Shown here piece by piece: positions 38,001 through 47,389 of a DNA stretch of 64,000 bases; position 1 is the stretch's first letter, and every line of letters begins with the position of its first letter. The stretch lies in the IMG/VR virus record IMGVR_UViG_3300021603_000005, positions 64,001 to 128,000 of that record. One strand, given 5' to 3'. The notes under the pieces were generated by a model, which saw nothing but the letters and a program-made list of their open reading frames with translations, had not been told where the DNA came from and made no database searches. Both the position numbers and the translations under genes were made by a program. This stretch comes from a virus (Duplodnaviria; Caudoviricetes).

Positions 38001-40995
38001 GTGGTAATTTGGGTGCGCTGATACCTTCTATAGATCCGGTTACCGCATCAAACGCATTGATACTTGCTGTTATGGATTTCGCCACTTCGTCGACGGCCTT
38101 CCCAAGAGTGATTAATTGCCCAGGAAGAGTCGGTGGCACCAGTACCATAGAAAGATTACGCGCTGCTGTCCTAGCGGCCTCGTCAAGTCGCGATTGACGT
38201 ATAGCAGCAGCCTGCTTATCAATAGCCTCTTTGATTGCAGACCATCCACCAGCCCTTTGTAAAATCGTGTTGGTAATTTCGGTAGATAAATCTGCTGAAA
38301 ACTTCATGCCTCGTTGTTGTAAAAATTCCTGTACCGTACTTCGTAGGTTGCTGTAGAAATCTGATCCACTTTTTTGAACAGCAGATTCCATAATGGTATG
38401 TAGTAAATTTAGGTTCTGTCCAAAAATATCAGAAACCATTTTAGAAGCATCGACGCTTACCGTACTCGGATCAAATGCTTCTCCAATTTTTCTAATATCA
38501 AAAGACAATATACCAGAAACTAGTGTATTCAATCTTCTGCCTACTTCAGCAACGCCGCCAGCAAAACCTGAATAATATTCGACTGATTGCTTGATGGTAT
38601 CCAGGGTTGAGTCTACTAATGTTTTCAGTGCGGCATCAGTATCTGCAATATTAGATGGATCTGGAACTTGAATTGCCTTGATTTTAGCAGCAACCTCATC
38701 CATCTTTTCTGCTATAGCGGTCTCTACTTGGTCTGCTCTTGTAGTAGCGGCCAAACCAATTAATGCTACGGCAGCACCCGCTGGACCAGCGAATCTACCA
38801 ATACCGGCCCCTCTTGCACCAGGCGCAAATCCCCGGAGTGTTTGTCCAACACTTTGGCCACGCAAGATAGACAATAAACCAACGAGCATTGTTGTAGACT
38901 TAATCATTCTTCCGGTAAATTCGGCAGTAGACTTTGCCGCACCATCCAATTGATTTGAATAATTGTCAACTGCGTCGCCAAGAATAGATACAACACCAAG
39001 TCCAACCAACTGTGCTGCCGGGCTTTGATAAAGCGGTACGGCCGTTGGTAGTTGTCCCTCTGGTAATCCCATACGCTTACCAGCACTGGTTAAACCCTGT
39101 GTTCTGCCAGACGCGAATTGTTGTCCAACCAAACCCAATAAGCCAACGCCCTGAACCCCACTGATCCCACCAGCAGTACTTACTCGTCCTGCCAAACTCG
39201 CTAGTAGACCAACCCCCTTAACAGCAGCGGTTGCTGCGCCAATAGCTAGTAGTGTTTTTAGTAACGGAGATAGCACACCTGTTAGCTTAGTTGCCGCATT
39301 CCCTGCGCTGATCATGAATTGGATGAATGGGGTAAAAATTTCTGGAGCCAATGTTTGAACAAGTTCGTTCATCTTGGCTTTCATGACATCTATTTGCTTT
39401 GACAAAGAACTCATACCCTTGGCAACGTCGTTTTGTACCGATCCGGCAGAGGACAATGAAACGCCAAGCGCTTCGTTGACTATATTGAAATTATCTAATA
39501 TAGCTATAACCCTACCTATCTGTCTCAAACCACCAAGACTTTCTGCTATGTCTCGTCGCCTAAGCTGATCTGCCCCAGCAAATACCTTAGATGTTTGTTC
39601 CAATATTCTATACAATGACAATACTTTGCCACTAGCATCTTCTGTTTGGACACCAATGCTACGTAGAAATTCTAATGTAGCTGGACGGGTAATTCTTGCA
39701 GATATCGTTCTAAGCCCAGTACCAATTGTTTCAGCACTTTCTTGTGTCGTTTGTTTTGCCGCCGTTATGATGGCCAGGAATTCGTCGATACTACCACCAA
39801 GGGCAGACCATGCACCACCACCGCGCTTAACAGCTTCTATAAGATCCCCTGACGTTACGGCATATCTTTTGGCTACTTCGTTAACCTTATCAAACACCGC
39901 CGGTATGTCTTCGGCTTCTAATTTAAATTGACCCATAACTGCGATAAGGCCCTCTGTGGCCTGATCAATACCTTCAAGAGATGGAAGCAGTGGAACCTTA
40001 GAGACCATTTCTAATGCAGCGCGTAATTTATCTCCTTCGAATCCAGCTTGTGCGAGAGTAACAGCAGCTTTGCCAAGTTCGTCTGCACTGGTACCAGTTG
40101 CCACACTTAAGTCCAATATTTCTTTTCTAAGACTGGCTAATTCTGTTCGTGTTGGTTGAAGGGTTTGGTCCAGCTTAACCATGGTTAGGTCAAAATCAAT
40201 TACATTTTTAGTAGCTTCTCTTATTCCAGCCAATGCCACAAATGGGATGGTGGTGGCGGCTAAAAACGCCCCGTATCTTTTTCCGGCTAGAAATATAGAA
40301 TCACCAAAATCCTTAGCAGCCATAGTGGACTTGGCCATATTTCCAGTTACAGCCGTAGCTGCTGTAGAGCTAGATGCGCCAATTTTATCGATTGCTAGCG
40401 AGGCTTGTGTCGTAGCCGCTTTTAGTTTTTCAATATTCGGTATTGTATCTGGAGAAACCACGGATGGTATGTATGGTTTACTAGTCATAGACGGTATCTT
40501 TGGCATAGTGGTTTGTTGTGCAGCTTGCACTATTAGTGGGCCAGCTTGAGCAATAGCGTCCTTAGTTGATTTTGCAGCGCTTGATATCTGTTGAATTTGT
40601 GCTTGAATACTTGCTGATGTTTGAGCAGATCCAGCGCCAACTACTGGAGACACCACGCCCTTTGTTGCGGCTATTGTTGGGGATATACCTATTCCTTGTG
40701 CTTGTTTTAATTTACCTATCAGCACGTCAACGGAGTTAGCGGCTTTCAGTATCGATCCCTCGACCGCTATGCTAACAGATTGCGCTGCTGTCGCAAGCCC
40801 ATGCATTTGTTTTATAGCAGCAGCTATTCCAGCATTAAACTTAGTTATTGACTGTAGGGCTACTGGATTTAATCCCTTGAAACCAGATAATTTGCCAAGG
40901 TCTACCCCCTTAGTGATACCGGCAAGTTGTTGCTTAATATCGGCCCCAACTATGATTGACGATATTCGTAAACTGGAATCAAGTACAAATCCCAT
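35098..40995 (-). CDS. Tail tape measure protein
   Basis: 1965 aa, Ala/Gln/Leu-rich and helical; TP901-type core LAQAGF...NEVAKRYAVTSGDL..AVKRGG...ESAETIGTGLRTI. Confidence 0.9.
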   Translation of the reverse strand: MGFVLDSSLRISSIIVGADIKQQLAGITKGVDLGKLSGFKGLNPVALQSITKFNAGIAAAIKQMHGLATAAQSVSIAVEGSILKAANSVDVLIGKLKQAQGIGISPTIAATKGVVSPVVGAGSAQTSASIQAQIQQISSAAKSTKDAIAQAGPLIVQAAQQTTMPKIPSMTSKPYIPSVVSPDTIPNIEKLKAATTQASLAIDKIGASSSTAATAVTGNMAKSTMAAKDFGDSIFLAGKRYGAFLAATTIPFVALAGIREATKNVIDFDLTMVKLDQTLQPTRTELASLRKEILDLSVATGTSADELGKAAVTLAQAGFEGDKLRAALEMVSKVPLLPSLEGIDQATEGLIAVMGQFKLEAEDIPAVFDKVNEVAKRYAVTSGDLIEAVKRGGGAWSALGGSIDEFLAIITAAKQTTQESAETIGTGLRTISARITRPATLEFLRSIGVQTEDASGKVLSLYRILEQTSKVFAGADQLRRRDIAESLGGLRQIGRVIAILDNFNIVNEALGVSLSSAGSVQNDVAKGMSSLSKQIDVMKAKMNELVQTLAPEIFTPFIQFMISAGNAATKLTGVLSPLLKTLLAIGAATAAVKGVGLLASLAGRVSTAGGISGVQGVGLLGLVGQQFASGRTQGLTSAGKRMGLPEGQLPTAVPLYQSPAAQLVGLGVVSILGDAVDNYSNQLDGAAKSTAEFTGRMIKSTTMLVGLLSILRGQSVGQTLRGFAPGARGAGIGRFAGPAGAAVALIGLAATTRADQVETAIAEKMDEVAAKIKAIQVPDPSNIADTDAALKTLVDSTLDTIKQSVEYYSGFAGGVAEVGRRLNTLVSGILSFDIRKIGEAFDPSTVSVDASKMVSDIFGQNLNLLHTIMESAVQKSGSDFYSNLRSTVQEFLQQRGMKFSADLSTEITNTILQRAGGWSAIKEAIDKQAAAIRQSRLDEAARTAARNLSMVLVPPTLPGQLITLGKAVDEVAKSITASINAFDAVTGSIEGISAPKLPQQLEKQATIELLGTGRLAGLETAKPDLANYVKTTNDIVEITKKFVESISSLQAQATTAGKLEPGKFLPPLEEDQIDETIQRFIESQEIPDKLKGRISMLLRDIGVAMLEGIELSGAGINTDKMNELIKKHIGIIMPTQDDIINITQQELNARLLVSQRRGEFEARQLQREVGLGNTPETQFEITMEMLRRAGVRTPARETGTPTDLLRSTNLVPSLQEAMTNVTREMANQLNAIYRAAETGVTIDDTGMEKSFVAMVQDLENTRSRFLALQAAIESLKRSLSSYDQFEQERITKQEEAVNLQAKLGAQIEGMRKTEMVLVGRRSAAGTQEERAVLDEQLRLIRETRGQIEQPYGIAKEIAGGPLDVNKEASRRLTDSLIESQKRLQEIYQRQINVEPTAVDKTQFAGISESMQNAITGFNETITEIFRLESKQRSELTKEQIQLLERQLGQIGIEQERIIAEETGLNDPFGANKFSKAVDKFESAVIQMGLEEAPIDQTQLFTGTKANLETMTPGQLTNFERALFGGLSIKELENRANQLLSQQKVRVEEPGKAVGGMGYYGGVIIGPGRDLKNLQEIRESTSKTTVTTGLSAIAAILAKERAAVSPGTEEEIQDRILSILTTGEGAKLDEFQVTPAVTELFDVLEKGRTVNTETTNSINELGRSAAVATTAIADLATASRPVGVATTQPSTGIVPATIPSVGPSPYKPTVSLDTARQQTVAQELFSSSKFIEELQAGKTSGGIIMPAPGYGGRTVTIGESGDIAVQNIVQSTNVISDTFNRLKENLGGLFNLLPINDPAAGFGRTEINGQQQTQQVSQLSDLVSRIDAVIASIGTTNTENAQIIKEAIDKIVAIEIPGIGDNTSASRDNTTTLQEISGQQRVLTETLADTSKTIQEGIGLKVESLQQVNVNVNGLTEAIQNELRPAIEDAARNAAKQIIYRTLRDLANASDMEGARIFGVAAQQLA

Positions 40996-41001
40996 TTGAT
41001 A

Positions 41002-41868
41002 TTACCCCTTATTCCGACCCTTCTTCTTGAGTTTGGTTGTGGTATCTGCGATTGGCTCTCCAGTTTCGTCGTCTATAAAAGGCTTAGCGTCAATAACCAA
41101 CTCACCATTTACATCAACTTTATTACCATCAATATCAACAAAATTGCCATCCTTGTCGATATATCTACCATTCTCGTCAACACGACGGCCAGAGCGATCC
41201 ACAAAATCGCCGTTTCTGTCCGTCAATCTTCCGCTCTGATCCATGAATCCGTATTTCTTCATCCATTGAATTTCTGGGAGTGTGTCGGCAAACCCATCAT
41301 CATATCCATACATAATTTTTGCCAGAGTCGTTGCTACAAGTACGGCAATGGGTTCGTCACTTCTACCTAAATAATCGTCAACATCCATAAAATACGGATT
41401 GCCATTGTCGGCCCTAATTGCGCATTTGGTAATAAGCCAATTGAATCTATAGTTCTCTGCAACAGATTCCATCGTAGCACTATCGAACTGCGATCTTTTT
41501 GCATGAAGTTGCATTAATTCATTCCTAAGATCCCCAATGTGCAATGCGAAACTGCGGGCTTCTGAAAGTTTAATTCCGCCTTGTTTTAATGCGCACTCAC
41601 ATGCTCGTATCTCGATTTGTAGCTCATTGAACCGAATTGCATCATCTCTCGTCCATACGCCCATGTTTTCGAGGTGTTTATCTAGTTCACTTCTTGACAG
41701 AAGTCTTTCATTTTTATTTACGCCACTTCTCATAAGCTGGGCTAGCCGAAGACTATATTGAAGTTGTGCTTCCTGCATCAATTTATGCCCAGGTTTGATA
41801 ACAATCAAACTAATATCTTTCCCCAACAGATCCTTGCCTGTAACATCAATTTGCTTATCCATCCTCAT
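41002..41868 (-). CDS. Tail assembly chaperone-like protein with C-terminal DxxGxx(V/I) repeats
   Basis: Directly upstream of the tape measure gene; paralogous to the N-terminal part of 42178..43254. Confidence 0.6.
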   Translation of the reverse strand: MRMDKQIDVTGKDLLGKDISLIVIKPGHKLMQEAQLQYSLRLAQLMRSGVNKNERLLSRSELDKHLENMGVWTRDDAIRFNELQIEIRACECALKQGGIKLSEARSFALHIGDLRNELMQLHAKRSQFDSATMESVAENYRFNWLITKCAIRADNGNPYFMDVDDYLGRSDEPIAVLVATTLAKIMYGYDDGFADTLPEIQWMKKYGFMDQSGRLTDRNGDFVDRSGRRVDENGRYIDKDGNFVDIDGNKVDVNGELVIDAKPFIDDETGEPIADTTTKLKKKGRNKG

Positions 41869-42181
41869 TCTCTCCTATCGGTTTCAGTGACATCCTATAC
41901 CCTACGAACTCAACAGTATGCAGGTCTATTTCCGCATTCAATGCTCTTGCCTGTTTGTTGCCATTGTTCAAAACACTTAATCTAAGTTTCTCCCATCTTT
42001 CTCTGTTAATTTTTTGTCGTGCCGTAATTTCGTTTTCTGGCAAACCCATTCCCCATAATTCTAATCCGAATACCTGTTCAAACTCAGCTATTGGGAAAAT
42101 AAAGCTTGTTGTTATCTTCTTTGACGCTATCTGTTTTAGTCTGTCTCTTGATCGGTTATTGATCTGGTCTTTTCGATTCAT
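41855..42181 (-). CDS. Hypothetical protein
   Basis: 108-aa ORF overlapping both neighbours. Confidence 0.65.
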   Translation of the reverse strand: MNRKDQINNRSRDRLKQIASKKITTSFIFPIAEFEQVFGLELWGMGLPENEITARQKINRERWEKLRLSVLNNGNKQARALNAEIDLHTVEFVGYRMSLKPIGENEDG

Positions 42182-43254
42182 CTCCGAATCCTTTCTCGGG
42201 ACTTCGCCATAGCCAACTCCCTTATTTCTGCCTGACTATTCGGGAGATGCGCGTCGCTAATTTCGTGTGACCCACTAATTATTTCCTGGTTTCTCTTAAT
42301 TGTCCTCCTGGCCACAGGCGTATTCATATCGTAGACCCTACTAGCGCTATTACGATCAGTAACCACAAACACTTCTTGCCTACCATTTTGTGTATTACTT
42401 AGATTTAATATTTTCTCAGATTCCTTTTGCTTACTACTAGAATCAAACTTTTCATTTTGTCGAATAATCCACGAGTCCAATAGATCGTCATCATCGACAA
42501 CTAGACTACTTGGTCTATCGCATGAATCAAATACCATATCATATAAATGAGACCATCGAACCAACTCTGTTTGGTTATAACTCCATTCGATTGGATTGCC
42601 ATTAAAAATACGATTAACTATTTTACTAGCATTCCACATAGACCTCCATGGATCTGTTCTTGCAATCTCTCTCAGTACTCGTTCAGAATATCGCGACGTA
42701 AGAAAAAAAATAGCAACAAGTTGCTTGATTAGTGCATGCTCACTTGAAGTGTCAATATCATCAAAAAACTTACCACCATCAATTGTATTGGCTACACAAC
42801 CTATTAGATATCTTTGTTGCGCCATTGCCGAATATGACTCTATCGTATCGTTAAGTAGCGATGACCGTTGCTCGATCTTATCGATCAACACTCTTTCTGC
42901 TTGTCTAATCGCACTTCTGGTTTTTTCAAGACGATCCGTGTTAAACAGGAAATCCAACAACCCACGCTTCATTGTATAGATGTCTTTTTTTAATCCAGCT
43001 ATTTGCGTATTGAATGCATCAGACCACTCACCCGTATTTGTGTATAACGCAATAGCCTCCTCCTCGGACATAAGGCCATTTGTTCGGGCTAATATATATG
43101 CTTCGTTATAGGCCATTGTAGCCATAGCCATATCTTCCGATGTCGCAGGACGCAGAATAACAGTAACACGCGACCCATTATTAAGGGTAGAGTTGACCGA
43201 TATTTTGCCCCACGATATCAATGCGATTAATCTTTCCCGCTCTGCGCGATCCAT
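42178..43254 (-). CDS. Tail assembly chaperone-like protein
   Basis: Lies between the tail tube and tape measure genes; C-terminal WSHLYD...RPS..VVDDDDLLDSW. Confidence 0.6.
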   Translation of the reverse strand: MDRAERERLIALISWGKISVNSTLNNGSRVTVILRPATSEDMAMATMAYNEAYILARTNGLMSEEEAIALYTNTGEWSDAFNTQIAGLKKDIYTMKRGLLDFLFNTDRLEKTRSAIRQAERVLIDKIEQRSSLLNDTIESYSAMAQQRYLIGCVANTIDGGKFFDDIDTSSEHALIKQLVAIFFLTSRYSERVLREIARTDPWRSMWNASKIVNRIFNGNPIEWSYNQTELVRWSHLYDMVFDSCDRPSSLVVDDDDLLDSWIIRQNEKFDSSSKQKESEKILNLSNTQNGRQEVFVVTDRNSASRVYDMNTPVARRTIKRNQEIISGSHEISDAHLPNSQAEIRELAMAKSRERIRR

Positions 43255-43312
43255 CGTTCCTATCCCTTAAACCAAATAGACAAGTGCTGTCCAAGGTTAC
43301 TTTCCTAACTAT

Positions 43313-43320
43313 TTATACAC
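43313..43320 (-). promoter_or_regulatory. Putative late promoter GTGTATAA
   Basis: Immediately after the tail-tube terminator and upstream of the chaperone gene. Confidence 0.6.
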
Positions 43321-43322
43321 CC

Positions 43323-43353
43323 AAAAAAAGACCGGCCACGCACGGGCCGGTCT
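43323..43353 (-). terminator. Intrinsic terminator after the major tail protein gene
   Basis: Perfect 9-bp stem AGACCGGCC/GGCCGGTCT, 7-nt loop and a T-run. Confidence 0.88.
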
Positions 43354-43380
43354 CGTTAATTTGCTGTAAATTATTGTATG

Positions 43381-44430
43381 TTATTGATTTGCAGGATCTT
43401 CTGGGTGTGTCACGGTTAGCGTATTAAATGTTGAGAAATTGTATGTCGTAACCACGTTACCGCCACCAGCATCGCCACCGCTATATGTGGTAGACGCAAG
43501 CTTGTTCTTGCTACCAAGATCAATAACGGTACCCTCTCTCATGTGAACCAAAATGGTCTCGTTAGAAAGATTGGTACCACCAGGAGGATCTGCCAATGCG
43601 TCTACGTTATCCCCTTCACTAGCGGTTACGTCAATTGCACATGTCACTTCTACTGGGAATGTTACGTATCTGTAGTACGGACCACGTTTTCCAAGCTCGA
43701 ACAACTGGTCTCTACCAAGATTCGCTGTTATGGTGACCGTCTGGATGTGTGCCGCATACCCATCACCAGATATGGGGTTTGTACCAGACGAAGTAATGCC
43801 TGGAATATTCGTTGGCCATATGGATGAATCGTCTGCCTCGCCCATCAAAACGTCTTCGCGTCTCTGGACGCCACCAGATGATACGATAGAGAATGGCTGG
43901 TCTGTTCCGTCGAAATTGGGGTCAAAGGTAACGTAACCAGATACGCCCTTCCATACTTTGTCGTTGCCGACAAGAGTAATGTCTTCTGTACAATTGCCAT
44001 CGACATTGAGGGTATAGGTTAGCGCGGACAAGTACATCCCAGACATGCCAACGGAATTGATTGGGGTACCAGATGCATTGTCGTTTGTGTCTGGATATAT
44101 ATTGAGAGCAACAAAACATCTGTTATTTGATCTCCCGACCAACGTTGGGGATGTAGCCTGTTGTGTGGCAAGGTGATATAGCAATGGATATCCATCAAGA
44201 ACCTTTTGCATCGTCACCTGGATGTCGGGAATACCCTCAATATTTTCGTAAAGTTCTAGTTGTCCAAGTTCAAAAACCTGCTCTAGGTTAAAAGTTGTTG
44301 TTATATTAATATTTTGAACGCCGTGCGCCGGTATGAAACCGGAAGGTGTTCCAGCATCATCTGGATCGGCTACACCATGTGGCGCAAATCCTGGTGCGTG
44401 ACATGCGTAAAAGATACGATTATTTGCCAT
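43381..44430 (-). CDS. Major tail (tube) protein
   Basis: HGVQNINITTTFNLEQVFELGQLELYE and a second copy LGRDQLFELGKRGPY; flanked by the promoter motif and a terminator; sits between the tail terminator and the chaperones. Confidence 0.75.
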   Translation of the reverse strand: MANNRIFYACHAPGFAPHGVADPDDAGTPSGFIPAHGVQNINITTTFNLEQVFELGQLELYENIEGIPDIQVTMQKVLDGYPLLYHLATQQATSPTLVGRSNNRCFVALNIYPDTNDNASGTPINSVGMSGMYLSALTYTLNVDGNCTEDITLVGNDKVWKGVSGYVTFDPNFDGTDQPFSIVSSGGVQRREDVLMGEADDSSIWPTNIPGITSSGTNPISGDGYAAHIQTVTITANLGRDQLFELGKRGPYYRYVTFPVEVTCAIDVTASEGDNVDALADPPGGTNLSNETILVHMREGTVIDLGSKNKLASTTYSGGDAGGGNVVTTYNFSTFNTLTVTHPEDPANQ

Positions 44431-44469
44431 TGAATTCTCTCCTTCTAGCCAGATACTATCTCTCTATAT

Positions 44470-44477
44470 TTATACAC
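44470..44477 (-). promoter_or_regulatory. Putative late promoter GTGTATAA
   Basis: GTGTATAAATA about 40 nt upstream of the major tail gene. Confidence 0.62.
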
Positions 44478-44478
44478 T

Positions 44479-45402
44479 TTAAATGCCTGGATAATCAATT
44501 TCGACATCCCATGTAACCCTGCCGCGAAATATGTTCGGATTCAACGAATCAATACGTTGGACCTTCCCGTTCATTATACGCAATTTTTTACAGGGATGGC
44601 TATTTGTCATGTCCACCCAGTTTGTAACTCCTGAAACCGGGCTTCCCCATTCATCTAGTGGATATGACATTGAATTGAGATCGGCCATAATAAACGCGGA
44701 CCTGCTTTGGTAATCTAACCAGTCCATAAGAAGATTTCTATCAGACCTATTGTCGGCAAAAACATGTAATATTACAGTCCTGCTTTTAATCTGACCGCCA
44801 CCGAGGGCCAACCCCCTTTGTGTGCCACGATTAACGTCTATAAATATCGCTGGCAACCATACTTGTCTATCTCTATCTGGTATGCCAGACGGCTCTATGC
44901 GAGACGCAAAATCAACGATACTGTTTTGTAATAGTTGACTATAATCGGGGTGGTCTGTAGACGACACAAATACTGATCTATAACAATATTCGGCTCGTAT
45001 ATCAGCTTCTGGGTCCATTGGAATATCAAAAATCACCCTTCCGTGATTATAGTCTACGTGATACGAGTATGGCGATTGAGAATCTATGTCGTAAAAATTG
45101 TTATTTATATATATACCAGAAACACGGAATGGAGAGCCGCTAATTGATACCCCCTCTTCCCACACCCACTCGTTTCCGAATCCATTCCAAACGCGACCTT
45201 CCTCGTATCTCTGGTCTATCACAGGGAGTAACCGGGCCTCTGCGTCATTAAATGTTGAATAAGAGTCGTAGTTAACCCGAGAAAATGCACCATGGTGTAA
45301 TAGCCCCCAGTCTAGCCATAACTTTATGTTTGTAGTTAGATGATCGGTTAGTTCATATCCACCAAATCCGCCGCTATTAATTCCCTTGAACGTTAGAGAC
45401 AT
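44479..45402 (-). CDS. Tail terminator / tail completion-like protein
   Basis: WLPAIFID...GLALGGG...HVFADNRSDRN..MDWL; immediately upstream of the tube gene. Confidence 0.55.
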   Translation of the reverse strand: MSLTFKGINSGGFGGYELTDHLTTNIKLWLDWGLLHHGAFSRVNYDSYSTFNDAEARLLPVIDQRYEEGRVWNGFGNEWVWEEGVSISGSPFRVSGIYINNNFYDIDSQSPYSYHVDYNHGRVIFDIPMDPEADIRAEYCYRSVFVSSTDHPDYSQLLQNSIVDFASRIEPSGIPDRDRQVWLPAIFIDVNRGTQRGLALGGGQIKSRTVILHVFADNRSDRNLLMDWLDYQSRSAFIMADLNSMSYPLDEWGSPVSGVTNWVDMTNSHPCKKLRIMNGKVQRIDSLNPNIFRGRVTWDVEIDYPGI

Positions 45403-45403
45403 T

Positions 45404-46141
45404 TTACACCATTCCTATTTGAGTCAACACTATTTTGGCAACATCAATAGCCACCTTATTCTGGCCAATAGTGTATTCAATAAAATTCGCACCAGAAATT
45501 GGTCTTGCTACATCTGGAACAATGTAACCGCCTTCTCTAAAAGGCGCGCCAGCCACTTTAAGGAGGTCTGTCGTTGCCATAATTGCGCGCCCACTGCGAG
45601 ACCATAATAATAAGTTGTCAAATCCGTATCCCTTGGTAAATATATCATATACCAACGTCCGACCCATCTCCATATCATATGCTACCTGCCCTATATCTAT
45701 GTCTGGATCAATTAACATCCATCTCAATACAGGTATTGTTTGGTTCGATGGTTGTGATATATAAGACGCATTTGGTAGTCCAAGATAATCGTTCCAATAG
45801 TTACTAACGCCACGTATTGATATTACGATATTAGACTTTCCTGGAATGATAGTAACGGATTTTTTGATCATGTCGAGCAAACCACCAACTAGCGTTGCTG
45901 CCGCGCCATCGCTAAGCCCGAACTCGGCCTGTAAATCAGTAGACCCAATTCCGAGTAATGACTTGACCACATCGGTTTCACCAAGTGTTTTAGATAGATA
46001 GTTACCAATAGCTTGTTGTATGATCGTTCTGCGAGCATTGACTTTATTTCGAATCGTGCTCATGATATCTGACATAGTATTTTCAAGCTGGGCCTTTAGC
46101 GGTGGTTTGATAATCAATTCAATATTAGCCATTGTCCACAA
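45404..46141 (-). CDS. Neck / tail completion-like protein
   Basis: Position in the neck block; C-terminal RP...NFIE motif as in HK97 gp10-like proteins (weak). Confidence 0.45.
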   Translation of the reverse strand: MWTMANIELIIKPPLKAQLENTMSDIMSTIRNKVNARRTIIQQAIGNYLSKTLGETDVVKSLLGIGSTDLQAEFGLSDGAAATLVGGLLDMIKKSVTIIPGKSNIVISIRGVSNYWNDYLGLPNASYISQPSNQTIPVLRWMLIDPDIDIGQVAYDMEMGRTLVYDIFTKGYGFDNLLLWSRSGRAIMATTDLLKVAGAPFREGGYIVPDVARPISGANFIEYTIGQNKVAIDVAKIVLTQIGMV

Positions 46142-47384
46142 GCTCCCAGAATGTTATGCAGTACCTGTCTTCCCTCAAACCTACTGGAATTGGCCCTCTC
46201 AATCTCCTAACCCTTAGTGTTAGCATATCACTGATCGCAACGTTCATAAGTGCTGTTTTAGCTTTAACGATCAGAGGGGCATCTGTTAAAAAGCTTTTTG
46301 TTCTAACTATAGCAGATGGGTCATGTACGGCAACACCATGCTTGCGATAATCTTTTGGATTCCATTTTACTAGTGCCTTGATACATCTAGTTACCGTATT
46401 GATAATTAAACCAGCGCCCTTGCAATGCGGGCATTTATGTCCTCTGACAAATGGCGTTGGCCCCCCTGATTTATATATCCCGGTCGATCTGTTGTTAATA
46501 GAATCGTATGTGCAATTTGGACACGCACCTTTTGTCGGCTCAAATTCCAGATATATATTTTTGCCAAGTTGATTGATAAGTGCATCAATCCTTCCCTGAT
46601 ATATCGTAATCAATTCGTCGCTAATCTGAATAGCAGCATATGGATCTAAAATAGGACATTCACTACTTGGCAATTCCTCAAACCCAAATGTGACTAGACC
46701 GATATTCCCGGAAACCCCTTCCGATCCAGACAAATAAAGATCTGTACCCGACGAACAAGGATCTCCGCCGTTCAAATCAAAATATTCGTATCGCGTTCTT
46801 GACGAAGCTGATAAAGATCCATCTCCGGCAACAAATTCGAAGTACAGTAGTTCTTCTGGTTTTTCTATTTCGAACTGTCTGAAAAGAACAAACCCAGATC
46901 CGTTATGTAGGTAGGCGTTAATTGTATCACCGATACGATCAAACTTTACCCTAAATCCATAGTTGTCCCCCGCTTGGTTATTTTGCCAGTCAAAGATTTC
47001 GTTTAGGTCAAACGTATAGTGTGTATACCCATTGAAATACGAGAATCTTGAAGCCGGTATGCCAAGCCATAGTTTGTGGCTCTTTCCATATTGGCCAGGA
47101 TCGTCAACCCACTGAGTAGCAGAACCTGCATGATAACATCCAAGCCATGCCCTAGCCAATTCGCCATTATACGTCGACGGAGTATACCATGACCTATCCC
47201 CAGAAACATCAATGATAAATAACGATCCGGACAAAGCAAAAGTAGATACGTATCTGCCATGAGAATCGTTCGGCGGATACATAATAAGTCTGCCATCGGA
47301 GTATGTTGGTCCGCTAGACCAGTTATATCCGTTCTGGTAAGACCATATTCCACTTGGCGCATCAAATGGATCAAATAGAACCAT
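46125..47384 (-). CDS. Head-closure-like protein with an N-terminal lectin-like extension
   Basis: C-terminal half has CPNC...CPHCKG and GPIPVGL; the N-terminal ~230 aa are aromatic and beta-rich. Confidence 0.55.
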   Translation of the reverse strand: MVLFDPFDAPSGIWSYQNGYNWSSGPTYSDGRLIMYPPNDSHGRYVSTFALSGSLFIIDVSGDRSWYTPSTYNGELARAWLGCYHAGSATQWVDDPGQYGKSHKLWLGIPASRFSYFNGYTHYTFDLNEIFDWQNNQAGDNYGFRVKFDRIGDTINAYLHNGSGFVLFRQFEIEKPEELLYFEFVAGDGSLSASSRTRYEYFDLNGGDPCSSGTDLYLSGSEGVSGNIGLVTFGFEELPSSECPILDPYAAIQISDELITIYQGRIDALINQLGKNIYLEFEPTKGACPNCTYDSINNRSTGIYKSGGPTPFVRGHKCPHCKGAGLIINTVTRCIKALVKWNPKDYRKHGVAVHDPSAIVRTKSFLTDAPLIVKAKTALMNVAISDMLTLRVRRLRGPIPVGLREDRYCITFWELVDNG

Positions 47385-47389
47385 TGAAG

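Noticed and set aside
42700-42712. T8 run as a slippery frameshift site in the chaperone gene
   Set aside because: The ORF continues in frame through its apparent C-terminal domain, so no shift is needed, and such runs are common in this AT-rich DNA.
43040-43047. GTGTATAA on the + strand
   Set aside because: It is antisense inside a coding region with no credible downstream gene; one or two chance hits per strand are expected at this base composition.
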